Positions 25,267 to 38,164 of a DNA stretch of 64,000 bases are shown here, piece after piece (the first letter of the stretch is position 1; each line of letters opens with the position of its first letter). The notes beneath the pieces were generated by a model. It made no database searches, was not told where the DNA came from, and saw only the letters and a list, made by a program, of their open reading frames with translations. The DNA is taken from assembly GCA_051047955.1 (NCBI GenBank), contig JBPGPT010000010.1:434001-498000 (forward strand), written 5' to 3'. The position numbers and the translations under genes were made by a program. This stretch comes from Cystobasidiomycetes sp. EMM_F5 (taxonomy: Eukaryota).

Positions 25267-25799
25267 CGACAACGCAATGCAGGAAATGTCTGGGATGAAA
25301 CGCAGTGAGGGAAATGTGGGGCATGTTACTGCTCTTTGATTTCGCAGGAAATGCGCTGGAAGAGTCGTTGGCTGGATAGCATGTTGTTGACAACGCTAGC
25401 AGCAGGGTTTGGGGTTGCTTGAATAACTTAAACACATCTCGTCCGTCGCCGCACAGCAAGTCGCCTTCTCAAGGTTATATGTGTCGGGCTGTGCATGTTG
25501 CGCGACTGTTGGGCAAGATGGACAAGGATATGAATGACTCCACCTTGCTCGTCGGTCGTCAAAAAAATCATCTCGGCTTGACTTGCAGTCCGTAAGCTTT
25601 GGGCTCAGGTACAGTGCGCTCATTGCCACCTTGCCCGCTGAGACTCCGCCTCGTCAAAATTAGGCAGCAGTCTCGACCTCGCATCAATTTCTGCAGCTTT
25701 ATACACACTCTGATCTACCGGTATACACGTCTGTCGCCCATAGCTTCAAACAATCCGGGAGTTGGCCGCCGGGGCCGTTACTTGCCTGGTTGGGCGAAC

Positions 25800-27273
25800 A
25801 TGGACAGCCGCCCCAATTATCGCTACGACCAGCTCAATGTCGAGGGCCAAGCTCGGCATGGCAGCAAACGAGACTGGGTCTACTCTCGGCCATTCATCCT
25901 GGGAGCCGGAGGCATCCTTCTTCTCGTCTTCCTGGTTAGCGGACAACTCGCTCTAAACCCTGATATTCGGCCCAGGCTTCCGTACGGCAGTAATCAGCAG
26001 CTAGCAGCACAAGCCACAGGAACTTCTCCCGCACACAATGAAGCCTCTGATGGCCGAAAGATTCGCATACTGCACCTTATCGACAAGCCGACTATGGAAA
26101 GCACTATGGACAGATGGTTTATGCGGTCTCAGCAGGAATTCCAGATGGCGACAGATTTGGTTGCGGATGCTCCTCTCTGGGGCCGTGGCTTCGAAGACTG
26201 GGACGGATCCGCAACTATTACTGCCAATATCGCTCGCAAGTTTGGTTCGCCCACGTATTTCGATGCAGTGCTAGCTTACTGTAAGTCCACTTGAAGTATA
26301 GAACGGCATGGCGTGCTGATGCATTATCCGACAGACAATGGAGATCAGGACAACCATCTAGGAATCGACCCAGCGCCTCGTTTTCTACAAATTGCAGAAC
26401 TTAGCAGACACGGCGTCGTCATTATCGACAGACCGCACGAAATGCGGGATCGTCGAAGAGTACCAATGTACGATCTCGCCAACGTCTCATTAGTGATCGC
26501 TCCGTATCCGCAAGAACTGTTAGAGTATCGAGATTATGGCAAGCAGGCTTTACTAGTTCATCAGCCACACCCAGTCGAACCTCGACTATTTGAACATGAT
26601 GTCGAGCAACCTAGAAGTATAGATGTCATGCTGGCCGGCAGCCTGGAAGGGCCAATGTACCCATTGCGACATCGACTTGGAAATCTGATCAAAGAGGGCA
26701 CATTGCCAGGTAAGCACAAGAAATGCTACAGTAATGCTTGCTTTCTAATAGCATTCGGCGCAATTAGGGTATATACGACCACATCCAGGATATCCAGACA
26801 TTCTCACGGCGGAGGAGCGTAAACAATTCGGCATCAACGCTACAACTATGGAGAAGCAGCTCACAGATTTCTCCAACGATCTCGGTAACAGCAAAATATG
26901 CTTTGTCACGGCCTCACGGTGGCAGTATTCGATTCAAAAGTACGGCGAGGCCGCAGCGGCAGGCTGCATGATGATTGGCACACTTCCCCTCGACAGAAAG
27001 GATGAATTCAAGAAACACGTCGTCGAGATATCGTATAATATGTCTACAGCCGATCTATGGAATACTGTGAATCATTGGCTGCATGTCGATGCTCCTGGCC
27101 GACTAGAACGCGCCAGGCGGGCTCAGAATTGGTTCCTGTCGAAGTACTCGGGGCGTAATTTCGTTGAAGATGTCGTCAGCTGGATCAAGCTTGTCCAAAG
27201 CGGAAGAAGAGGTCTCTTACTGCCCCACCAGTGGGACTTTCAACCTGTGAGCACGGGCCCTCGCCCCGCTTGA
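25800..27273 (+). CDS. Type II membrane GT-B glycosyltransferase-like protein (YkvP/CgeB, Glyco_trans_1_2-like)
   Basis: N-terminal TM FILGAGGILLLVFLV, then IDVMLAGS...YPLRHRL, HPGY and NSKICFVTASRWQYSIQKYGEAAAAGCMMIG (K-Y-x-E nucleotide-sugar-binding segment). Two introns. Confidence 0.65.
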
Positions 27274-27739
27274 TCGATAAGCTGACTAATGATTTGGACG
27301 GACAGGATCCGCTACCGCTCAATGGTTGATCAAGCTTTCATTTCGTAGCATGTAGCATATCGCAGTGCGGTGAACACACTCCAGTCGTTACTTGTTGTTG
27401 TAGGCTTTCGATGTAATGAAGCCCGTTTCCGATAGAACAATGCGATGATTATCGTAGGCAGGCGATAATGCAGCATGTTGGTAATTTGGAAGCGTCACGA
27501 CGTAACAGTACAGTATCGATGGGTACTTGAATTTTGGTTCGCGAGGTACCGGTACGCTTTGTCTCGTGCTTTAAAACGACCGAAACATGGCCGCGCAAAC
27601 AGGCAATGACCAATGACAATGATACTGCGCTGCTGACGAGCAGATAATACGGGTCTAGACTGGGATACTGCGAGCATTGCGCGTTACCGAACCACTCTGA
27701 TTGTGCTCGGGCGCAATTGCGCTGCCGTGACTGGCCAAC

Positions 27740-30700
27740 ATGGCGCCCCAGGATATGAAAGGACTTACGCAATGTAGGTTACCTGGCAGTTGGGCTCTCA
27801 AGGGACCATCTGCAGCCCGAAAGATTGCCGTCGTATTGCTTACCGGATGTATGGCTGCCAGATATCGCCGACTTGCGAGCATGCAGAGTACGGGAGATGG
27901 AGGAGAAGCGCGTCAACAGGGAGATGGCGCACATTCGACAGAAGTTCAAAGGTAGGCTGGCCCGCTTCCTTTCGTATACGGCGTGAATGCTGATTGGCTT
28001 ATGGATGCGGTCATTTCATGACCGGGCTCGCAGAGGGCAACCTTGACGGCTACCAGCGCAAGAAGTATCTGTCCAAGATAGTCTTCACCTACGTTCTCGG
28101 CTATCCCATCGACATTGGCCACATGGAAGCAGTCAATCTTATTGCGTCAACAAAGTACTCAGAAAAACAAATTGGATATTTAGCATTGACCTTGTTGATG
28201 CACGAGAATTCCGACCTTGTGCGATTGGTAGTCAACTCCATCAAGAAAGACCTCGACGATCTGAGCGAAGTGAACAATTGCCTCGCTCTGCATGCGATTG
28301 CAAACATCGGTGGACGCGAAATGGCAGAAACACTAGCCCCAGACGTTCACCGACTGCTCATAAGTCCTACAAGTAAGGCCTTCGTCAAGAAGAAAGCAGC
28401 CTTGACACTTCTGCGCTTGTATCGGAAGTACCCTGATTGCATCGATGCTGCTGAATGGTCATTGAGAATCGTCAGCATAATGGACGATAGGCATCTAGTG
28501 AGTCAGCGCTCGGCCGTGCTCTGGTCTGCAAGCTGTACTCATCATGTTGTCGTTGAACAGGGGGTAGCGCTATCTGTTACATCGCTTGTCATGGCCATTG
28601 CTCAAGACAATCTGGATGCAATGTCAGTCTGCTATCAGAAGGCAGTCAATCGCTTGGGCAAGCTTGTGCTGGAACAAGAGTTCTCAGGAGATTACTTGTA
28701 TTACCGAGTGCCGATACCATGGCTTCAAATCAAACTGCTGCGTTTACTGCAGTACTATCCCCCGCCAGATGACCCATCCACCCAACGAAATCTAGGCAAA
28801 GTGATACGAAAGATTATAGAAAATGCTCAAGACACTCCGAAAAACGTCCAACATGCGAATGCACAAAACGCAATCTTATTCGAAGCCATCTCTCTTGCCA
28901 TCCACCTCGATGCTGAATCCGGCATCGTTGCAGCAGCCGCGCAATTACTTGGCAAATTCATTTTGTCTAAGGAAACGAACGTCCGATACTTAGGCCTAGA
29001 CACTATGGCTCATCTGGCTGCACGTTCGGATTCGCTGGCAGTTGTCAAAAAGCATCAAGACACCGTCATCTATTCCCTTAAAGATCGAGATATCTCCATC
29101 AGGCGGCGGGCCCTTGACTTACTGTATTCGATGTGCGATGGGTCTAACGCGAAGATTATCGTCGGTGAACTGCTCAAGTATCTGAGCGTCGCAGACTATA
29201 CGTTGAGAGAAGAAATGGTCCTAAAGATTGCAATCTTGACCGAAAAATTCGCGACCGAATATGAATGGTGAGTCACAGTATCAACCTCTCACTCCTTCTC
29301 ACTCAACAAGGTGATCTGCAGGTATGTGGACACAATCCTGCGTCTCATGAGCCAAGCCGGCGATTATGTTGGAGAGGAAGTGTGGTATCGTATCGTACAG
29401 ATTGTCACAAACACTGAAGAGTTACAAGAATACGCCGCGCGGCGTGTTTACGAGTACCTTAGGCAGCCTACTTGTCACGAAAATATCGTCAAAGTGGCCG
29501 CCTACATCTTGGGCGAATTTGGACATTTAATCGCCAACGAAGATGATCCAAACGCTATCTCCCCAATCGAACAATTTAGTCTCATTAATGCGAAGGTATC
29601 GACCTCATCTCCTGCTACCAAGGCAATCATTCTAACAACCTACATCAAATGGTTGAACCTTTTCCCGGAGATACGACAACACATCCTGATCATCGTGCAG
29701 AAGTTTACGTATACCCTGGATGCTGAGCTACAGCAACGGGCATGCGAATATATGGCGATAGCCAATCTGGGTGATGACGACGAGCTTCTTCAGATAGTGG
29801 TCGATGAAATGCCACCATTCCCGGAGCAGCGGGAGTCAGCCCTACTAGGCCGATTATTGAAGAAACACAATGATACAGGCGACAAGCGTACATGGGTTGC
29901 TGGCGGGAAGGACGTAAACAGAGACAGAGATGCCGATCGATATAAAGGCTTTGCCGATCGCCATGCGAGTCGCAGGAAAGCGTTACCGACAAACGGCGAT
30001 AACGATGCAGTCAACGAACGAGCAGCTGCGTCTGTTGCCGCTGTCCACATTGAAGGTGTAAATGGACACGCGAATACTCATGGCGCGTTGATCGATTACG
30101 GCGATGACATCATGTCTAATCTTGCCGGTCTCGACCTCGGCGTACCGATAGTCAACACTGCTGCTCTAGCTGATGTGTCGTCGACAAGTTATTCTGCTCT
30201 ACCTACACCTACAGTAGAGACGACGGCGTTGAGAGGGCAGGACGAAGAATCACTTCTTGCGCCTACACCGTCGTCTTCGCTAACGCGTGACCGCGCTTCT
30301 TCCAGCGTGTCCAACATGTCGCAAGGATCCTCAGTAGCGCCAACTAAGGCATCACATTCGGTTGCGGAATCGGAAATCACGAAACCATCTTCAAGTGACG
30401 CGTCCGCCCCGTTACCTGTACAGTTTACGCATGGACTTGATCGCTGGTTATCCCGCTTTCCGTACAACGCTGAAGGGGTACTGTATGAAGATGCTCAGTT
30501 ACAGATTGGAGTCAAGTCAGAATATCACGGGACGCAGGGACGCATAGCTCTGTATTTTGGTAACAAGATTTCTGCCCAATTTACGTCCTTTACCGTTACC
30601 GCAGAATCGCGGCAGCCCGACGCGCTAGCTGTCACCATACCAAAAGCAGCAAAGTCGGTGCTGGAAGGGGCCACGCAGACACAGCTCGTGATTGAGATCG

Positions 30701-31230
30701 AGTGCCGGACGGCTTTCATGTACACGCCCGTATTGAATGTCTCGTATCTTGCTGGGTCTCTACAAAGTCTCACACTTCAGTTGCCAGTATGGATCAACAA
30801 ATTCGTAGAAGGTGTCTCCTTGAACGCATCGGCTTTCTTTGAGAGGTGGAAACAGATCGGCGGGCCTCCGCGCGAAGCGCAAGCGGTTTTCCCAGTTCGG
30901 TTAACGTCAGCTGGCGAAATCGATTTTGCGAGAAACAGAAAGGTCATCAAGGGCATAAAGCTTGGCTTGCTTGAAGGCGTTGACCCTAATGCCAATAACG
31001 TAGTGGCGGCAGGCGTTCTCCACTCCAAAACAGGCAAGATTGGCTGTCTGCTGCGGCTTGAGCCGAATGCAGCAGCAAAGGTACGGGCTGTATCTCGCAG
31101 AACCTGTATTTCCTGCTGAAATTGCATGTACCAGCTATGTCGTCTGACCATCCGTACCACGAATGATGCCGTGTCTGCTCAACTGCTCGCAATCATACAG
31201 GGTCCCCTGCAAGATACCACGAAGAAGTAG
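27740..31230 (+). CDS. APL3: AP-2 adaptor complex alpha subunit
   Basis: MKGLTQYIADLR...EEKRVNREMAHIRQKFK, YSEKQIGYL, KKAALTLLRLYRK, PWLQIKLLRLLQ and the C-terminal appendage (FFERWKQIGG, IGCLLRLEPN). Confidence 0.96.
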
Positions 31231-31471
31231 CAGTAGAAACGAAGGGGGATGTCGTCACGCTCGGGCAACGTGTTGTCGCTACTATTATTAGTGTATCTCA
31301 GGCCTGATGAGGAAACAGCCATGTCTCGTAACTTGGTCGATGCTTCGTGTCGTATCGTGTATTAAATTTGGCATACGTCAAACAACACGCACAATAAGAC
31401 TTGCAAAGCGATGTGACTTTGCGGAATGGCAACGCGTGCGTGTCCGATAAAGCTTCGGCATTGTCCACATG

Positions 31472-31477
31472 TGACTC
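31472..31477 (+). promoter_or_regulatory. TGACTC, candidate Gcn4/CpcA element upstream of the aminotransferase
   Basis: Hexamer about 160 nt upstream of an amino-acid metabolism gene. It is short and could occur by chance. Confidence 0.25.
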
Positions 31478-31637
31478 GGAGCCCCTTTTTTCATTACGAC
31501 CGCGTTCCAACATCCTGGAGCAAGGGCGCAACAGCTCTGCACTGACTGACATATAAATCAAATTCTCATTGCAAGCTGCACCCTGTCCCGCTTTTTCATC
31601 CGTAACCCTATACAAACTCTTAGCGCGACAACATATT

Positions 31638-33665
31638 ATGGGCGACGCAGCAGGTCCTTCGGTCTCACGCATAGACGCTACGCAATTCCTCTCTGAGCGA
31701 TCCAAGACATGGAAGCCGAGCAGTATACGCGGGCTATTTCCTTTGGAGCAGACACCAGGAGTGATATCATTACTGGCTGGGAAACCTCATCCTAGCACTT
31801 TCCCTTTCGAAGCAGTAACGATGAAGATCAGGTCTCCGAATGATTCTTTGACAACGTCAGGTATGCTGAATGAGACAGCTTGTGATCTTTTACAAAGCTT
31901 GACACCCAGACACCCAACGTTCACAGATGGGTCCACAAAACCCATTAACGAGGTAACAATCGATGGGCGTGAGCTGGAAGCAGCTCTCCAGTACGGCGCA
32001 ACCGCAGGATACCCACCATTTGTACAGGTACATAACATATACCGCTGGCCGAGGAATCCACTCTGACCCGGATGGGTATAGTGGCTGGAACAGTTACAAT
32101 CTCATGTACACGGTATTTCGAAGGAAGAGGGTGGCTGGCAAATCACGGTCGGTAGCGGCAGCCAGGATGTGCTGACCAAAGTGGGTCTCGGTCCACTCTT
32201 TGCGTTGCATACAACACCAAATTATATGACTACAGGCCTGGCAAGCTCTCGTTGACGACGGCGGTTCCGTACTCATGGAAGCACCTGCATTTCCATGTGC
32301 CGAAGGTTACTTGAACCTTTGGCCAAATCAGCAAGACCTGGACGCCTGGTCAGGACTCAACGTCTGTAGAGTGCACCATGCCGATTAACTTACTAAACTT
32401 TGCATCAGGTCATCGGAGAGATCTGCTGTGCCTCCGCTAACCAATATCATTAGTGAATTATCCTGCAAGTCTAGCTGCAGTTCTACCTGACGATAACTTT
32501 CCGAAGCTATCGACATCGACGACGAAGGCTTGTCGCCGACGCACCTGGTAAGCGTACTCAAGAATTGGTCAACCGATAGACCACAGCAGAAACGCCCGTC
32601 CGTCCTGTACACCATTCCTACTGGATCCAATCCAACTGGGCGTACCGCAAGCACAGCAAGAAAAACCGAAATGCAAGTTGTGTAGACATCCGAAAGCAGT
32701 GCAGCCGCTGAACGTTACTCTTAGACTGAAGATCGCGAAGGAGTACAATCTGGTCATTATGGAAGACGATGCTTACGGTTATTTGTATTATGGTAATGGC
32801 CCACAGCCTGCTAGCTACCTGTCTTTAGAGGCAAAGGTCAATGGAGAGACTGGACGTGTAGTCAGGTAGGTGCGATGAGTAACGGGCTAGCCAAAGAGGC
32901 TGAAGTCTGGTCATTCCCCGAAGATTCGACTCTTTTAGCAAAATTCTGAGCAGTGGCATGCGGTTGGGCTTCGTGACGGGTCCGAAAGCTATTGTGGAAG
33001 CCATCAATCTGCACCAAGCCAACTCAACGTCGGTATCTCTTGTCAATGCTATAGGTAGAGTCTTTGACGCAGCACTCTGCAGATTACAATGTGCTACAAC
33101 CACACAAGCGATGGCATATGCTTTCCTGAAAGAATGGGGCATCTCGGGTTTCTTGCAGCACACGACAAACGTCGCGAATTTCTACAAGAAACGAAGAGAT
33201 GCTTTCGAAGAGATAGCCAAACGGCATTTGTCAGGAGTCGCCGACTGGGTGACTCCACAAGCAGGTGTACGTTTGATGGACGTACCCGTAAGAACTGTGC
33301 TGACACGGGGTTCTTTTCAGATGTTCCTGTTCATCAAGGTATGCGATGTCTCATGGCGTGCTGCACACTTGTATGGCTAATGGGCAGCAATGGTACGATT
33401 AGCTCGACCTCGGCAAGGCAGACTGTGACTCTGCACAGCTTATTCGCACGAAAGCGCTAGAGAATGGAGTATTGGCAGTCCCAGGAGCGGTAGGCACATC
33501 ACTCAGCTTGGACGTGTTAATAGCTCATGACCTGCTCTCTAGGCCTTCCTGCCCCAGGGCGGTCTATCGGCGTATGTTCGCGTCAGCTTTTCGATAGCGT
33601 CGGAGGAGCAAGCAGAGGAAGGATTTAGACGGTTGCGAAAGACGGTAGATGCTGCTAGAGTTTAG
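31638..33665 (+). CDS. ARO8: Aromatic amino acid / 2-aminoadipate aminotransferase (class I PLP)
   Basis: PSSIRGLFPLE, ISLLAGKP, ALQYG, YTIPTGSNPTG, MEDDAY and FDSFSKILSSGMRLG (PLP lysine). Many introns. Confidence 0.9.
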
Positions 33666-33917
33666 ATTAAACAACTGTTTGCAGGAGTTCTTTTCGCCCA
33701 AGTTCTCACATCAATTTTTCTGCGGAAGAAAGAGGCGATCGAAGTTTGCCAGCCCAGGGGAGGGATGGAAGGAGAAACCCTGCAAGACTGGAGCAGAAGT
33801 AGCCGCACTGCGTCCACCTCAAAAGGTTAGCGTTACACTACATTGCACCAAACTGCTCTACAATCTGCCGAATATCTGTTTACTGACTCCAATACTGTCG
33901 AATTCAGCCATTTCATC

Positions 33918-34589
33918 ATGCCTGGCGTTAGGGACGTCCGAGCTGCCGACTTCGTCAAGGAATAGTAGGTGACAGCCACTTATTCCTATCAGAGTATGTG
34001 CTGATACTGTTCACTGCAGCTCCGCGCATTTAAAGCGCAGTGGTGAGTCTCAAACGACCGCTGGAGGATTTTGGGGGAATGTTGGATCAGGCTGAGTGTC
34101 AATGGGGCTGGCGTACAGGTCACATTGAAGTACCACAATGGGTCGATATTGTAAAGACCGCTACCTACAAGGAACAGGCGCCGTATGACCAGGATTGGTT
34201 TTACACCCGCTGCGCATCCGTCGCGAGACACGTCTACCTCCGAAAGCACGTCGGTGTCGGTCGATTACAGAAGGTTCACGGTGGTGCTGCCAACAGGGGT
34301 ACCAGGCCGTCCCGTCACGCCGACTCATCTGGTGAGCTGCAGCTTACTCGAACCTCGATACCAGCAGATGTACTGACTATCGGATGATTCAGGTTCCGTT
34401 GAGCGAAAAGTAATGCAAGCGTTGGAAAAGATTGGTGTGCTCGAAAAGGACCCGCGCGGCGGTCGTCGTATTAGCCAGGCCGGGCAACGAGATCTCGACC
34501 GAATTGCTTCATCAGTGCTCGAGGCGCAACGCGGCGATGAGGACGAAGACGAGGAAGAGGAGGAGAAGGAGGACGAGGATGAGGAGTAG
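33918..34589 (+). CDS. RPS19: 40S ribosomal protein S19 (eS19)
   Basis: MPGVRDV...SAHLKRSG.IEVPQWVDIVKT...WFYTRCASVARHVYLRK.VGVG...GGRRISQAGQRDLDRIA. Three introns and an acidic tail. Confidence 0.97.
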
Positions 34590-34781
34590 ATGTACTCCGT
34601 TGTGGGCAATCAGTCAACATCTTCAAGCTGTTTTCGTCGAACTTTTGGCATTTCAAGTCTTGCTTCACCATTTAGCAGCTATCCACCTCAACTAAGTTCT
34701 ACTGCCAGAGGCACTTCGCAAACAATCTGGTCACGCTGAGCAAACTACTAATGATTTTCTTATATAAGATGACTCCATAAT

Positions 34782-37700
34782 CTAATTGGTAACTTTCAGC
34801 TGAATTGCCCCGTGAGCCGCAAAATCGAAAGGCTGCTCCGGGCTAACGCCTCTATACTGATCGCTTTCGGCGCCTCCCGCAGGCGGCTCTTCCTCTTCGT
34901 CGGTGTTTTCGATACCTTCCGCTTGAGCTTGGCCTTCGATGCCTTCGACTTCTGCGCTGTCTGCTCTGAACAGAGGCAGATTTGGATCCGGATTCTCGTC
35001 ACCCTCTTCACCTTCACCAGCTGTGACTTCCTCTGCCACGTCGGCGGGTCTGTTGCTTTCGAGCTTCGGTACCGTCTCGTTCGCTGGCAAACCCTCATAA
35101 AACTTGCTCATCGGATCAGCGGGCGTAGGTCCGGTTGTCAAGTCTCGTCGCGTCATCTTCTCGTAGAATTCGATGTCGACTGGCTTTTTGCGTTTGAGAG
35201 CTTCGGTGATAATGTCTGGGTTTTCGCGTTCCTCCCTAACCCATTTGGACTTGATCTCGCGACGCGATCGCCGAACAAACATTCGTGAGATGAGCTCAAA
35301 ATCTGTCCCAAATTGCCGTAGACCTTCATAGAATAAAGAGGTTTCGATGCTTGACCACTTGCGCGGCCGCTTCCATTTCGCATAGGAGGCTGAGGTTATC
35401 CGCTGGTCGCCAGCTCGCTCTTCAACGACTGCGTAGTCATGAAAGGCTTGACGCTGTGAAGCGTAAAATATCAGCAAAAAAGCTTCATGCGATGCAAGCA
35501 AGACACGCACTCGCTCAATCTGCACGCTCTCTTCGTCCACAACTATTTCTCCATCAACGATGCGCATCTGAGGCGCATGTGCGGATTCATACAGGACTTC
35601 TTCATCGCTTCCTGCCGCTTGTTCGGCGTTATCTTCTTGGTCATCCGGACGCTCCGTTGCCTCTGCTCCTGCCTCCGTCTCTGCACGCGCATCTTGCTTG
35701 TCGCCAAACATGTCGAGTTGCATCAATCCCTTGGGATCAGCTGTAGCTATTTCATCGTCTGAGCCATCGTCATTATTGACACGACTTGCACTCCTGTCAC
35801 GAATGACGATGTCTTCGCCGGATCGCCCACTTCCATTGACGCCCGCCTCGCTAGCTGGCGCATCTGCCTCGCCGTTGGGCATTTTAATGATAGCGTCAAG
35901 ACGTTGTTGGATGATGTCCGGATCGACACCTTCTCGCTCAAGTTTAGCTTGCAGTCTCATTCTCGCTCGGACAGCCTGCATTCGTATTCTACGGCTGGAG
36001 CCGGATTCCTTTTCGCGCTGGATCTTTCGTTGCATCCAGGTCGAGATACGTCCACGGCCTGTGTCTTTCGTTAAAGACTGCATGAATGTTGAGGTAGGGT
36101 CCAACGGAGCGAGCGGATCGTCGTGCAAGGTATGACCTCCAGCGTCTTCGTCTTCGTTGTCCTCTGCAGTAGGCTCTCCTGTTTGCTGACCATCCAATTG
36201 TGCGTCCTCGATTTGCGCAGCAGAGTCGGGCGCCTCTGCTGAAGCAGGAGTATTTGCTTTGCGCTTCTTTGCCTTCGGAGCTGCTGTAGCTTTGCGCTTA
36301 CGCGAAGGTTTCGGTTTTGTGCTTCCCTCTTCTTGTGGAGCTTTCGGCCGCCCCTTACGTTTGGTGCCCTTCACTTTACCAGTCGGTGCCTCGATCACAG
36401 CGTTCTCCTCCGGAACTCGGGAATCGTCATCAATCTCAGCATCCACCTGAGTGGGCACTTCGACATCTTCAAAAGTGTGTTCCGGGTTGTCGTGATTCGT
36501 CAAATTACTGCTAGCGGCATCTGAAAGCTGGTCAAGATTCCGGCACGGTATGCCTAAAGATTGTAATAGTTGCTCCGTGCCCACGTCTTGCAGCGGACCA
36601 GACTGTTGTGCGGCCCAATCATCATTAAGCGGAGCTGGAGGTGGCAAAGTTCTAGTCTTCCTGATGGCGCGGCTCTTCGCGTTGGTAGGCTTGTTTGACT
36701 TCTTTGCCTTGCCCTGACCTCGACCGCGACCGGTCGGTACATTATCCGGCGCTTGTCCCTGCCTCTCTGCCGAATTATCCTCGCCTTCGGCCGCTGCTGA
36801 TGATTGCCGTGCATCATTTACTTCGGCTAAATCAGAGTGCGGCGCTCCTGCATTGCTGCCAACTTCTTGGGACTCCGCCTCCTGCGCGACTTGCGAAGTT
36901 GATACGTCGTACAATGATGTAGGAACGAATGGCATACGGGTAGAAGCACCAGCAGCTCCACTACTGCTTCGCCTGGTTACGGGCACAGATTGTAGAGTTG
37001 GGTCTATGGCATCGGACCAGTCTGGAACAGGGTTCGAGCTTGATGCACGTGTGCTGTCGGTATCGAGAGAGGTATGAGGCTCCACGTTGCCGCTATCTTC
37101 GCCCGCGGTCGTTTCGTTGCCTCGCGTTGCGGTCACCTCGATAATCGGGGCGCTTGCTGTGCTCGACGCAGTGGTGACGTTAGCAAAATCGGGTTGGTCT
37201 GGATTGCTGGCTACAGCGTCAGGCGTATAGACGGAAGTACTGAGCACTTGTGAAGGGGATATCGTTACGGAATGAGCTGGGCTTTCTTGACGTTGTATAG
37301 GTCGGCCATCATTACTACGCTTAGTAGGTCCACCGTAAGGGCGAGGGGCAGGAATTGCTAGATTGTTCGTAGCTGCGGCTTTACCAGCTGCAGCCTGTAT
37401 TGCAGCAGATGTACTGGACTTCTGCAGGAACGGCACTGCGCTAGACCTGCCGGGCGGAGGCGCAATTGGTGCAGGAGACCGTGCAGACCGAGCGGGTGAA
37501 GTCTGGCGAACTGGCCGGAATGGTGATGGCGATCGCTGCGGTGCTGGCCGTCCTGATGTGTTTGTTTCCAAGTCGGCAAGACTACCAATGCTGAAGATAT
37601 TGCCTTTTGTTGTCGATACTCGTGGGACAGTCACATCTACACCGTCTGTGTAATCTTCCTGCGTGAATGGGAACGGCTGGCTGGAAAGGCCAGAGTTGTA

Positions 37701-37988
37701 CGAGTCTTGTGTTGATGCGAACGCTAAATCCGGCAAGTCCTGCGAGCTGAAGCCTGGAGCAGGCGTCTCTGGCGGTCGAGCAATAGTCGACGCATCTTGT
37801 GCTGAGGTATGCCTGGGCACGTCAGCGCTTACAGCAACGGAAGCTGCCGGCGGCGGCTTCTTTGGCTGAGGTCGAGTTGGGCGAAACTTGGCTGCGCCTG
37901 GTTTGGCTATCAAACAACACAACACGGTGATTAGCATGGCTACAACGACTCCTGCAGCTCGTATAGACTCACCAACGCGCGATGACAT
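34782..37988 (-). CDS. BDP1: TFIIIB B'' subunit (SANT/Myb domain)
   Basis: APQMRIVDGEIVVDEES and KWSSIETSLFYEGLRQFGTDFELISRMF..RSRREIKSKW.REER, the Bdp1 SANT signature. Confidence 0.92.
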   Translation of the reverse strand: MSSRVGESIRAAGVVVAMLITVLCCLIAKPGAAKFRPTRPQPKKPPPAASVAVSADVPRHTSAQDASTIARPPETPAPGFSSQDLPDLAFASTQDSYNSGLSSQPFPFTQEDYTDGVDVTVPRVSTTKGNIFSIGSLADLETNTSGRPAPQRSPSPFRPVRQTSPARSARSPAPIAPPPGRSSAVPFLQKSSTSAAIQAAAGKAAATNNLAIPAPRPYGGPTKRSNDGRPIQRQESPAHSVTISPSQVLSTSVYTPDAVASNPDQPDFANVTTASSTASAPIIEVTATRGNETTAGEDSGNVEPHTSLDTDSTRASSSNPVPDWSDAIDPTLQSVPVTRRSSSGAAGASTRMPFVPTSLYDVSTSQVAQEAESQEVGSNAGAPHSDLAEVNDARQSSAAAEGEDNSAERQGQAPDNVPTGRGRGQGKAKKSNKPTNAKSRAIRKTRTLPPPAPLNDDWAAQQSGPLQDVGTEQLLQSLGIPCRNLDQLSDAASSNLTNHDNPEHTFEDVEVPTQVDAEIDDDSRVPEENAVIEAPTGKVKGTKRKGRPKAPQEEGSTKPKPSRKRKATAAPKAKKRKANTPASAEAPDSAAQIEDAQLDGQQTGEPTAEDNEDEDAGGHTLHDDPLAPLDPTSTFMQSLTKDTGRGRISTWMQRKIQREKESGSSRRIRMQAVRARMRLQAKLEREGVDPDIIQQRLDAIIKMPNGEADAPASEAGVNGSGRSGEDIVIRDRSASRVNNDDGSDDEIATADPKGLMQLDMFGDKQDARAETEAGAEATERPDDQEDNAEQAAGSDEEVLYESAHAPQMRIVDGEIVVDEESVQIERVRVLLASHEAFLLIFYASQRQAFHDYAVVEERAGDQRITSASYAKWKRPRKWSSIETSLFYEGLRQFGTDFELISRMFVRRSRREIKSKWVREERENPDIITEALKRKKPVDIEFYEKMTRRDLTTGPTPADPMSKFYEGLPANETVPKLESNRPADVAEEVTAGEGEEGDENPDPNLPLFRADSAEVEGIEGQAQAEGIENTDEEEEPPAGGAESDQYRGVSPEQPFDFAAHGAIQLKVTN

Positions 37989-38164
37989 GCTAATCTGGGG
38001 TGATTCATCGATGCACGAATTGAAGAGTTGCAAAGCAGAGACGCGGTGAACCGCCAAACTTGGCTCAATGATGAAATCTGCAGTGACAAGCGCCTAAAAC
38101 TTGCAGACGCGCTGATCTTTTAGATGCCTTTTTGGCTGAATCAAGAAAGTGAACTAATCACGAG

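Noticed and set aside
32275..32510. Apparent micro-exon, recursive or GC-AG splicing in ARO8
   Set aside because: It resolves with canonical GT donors (GTCAGG at about 32349, GTGAAT at 32453), giving a short insertion before NIITIDIDDEG.
34530..34589. GAG/GAC-rich repeat at the RPS19 3' end
   Set aside because: It simply encodes an acidic tail, which occurs in other fungal eS19 proteins.
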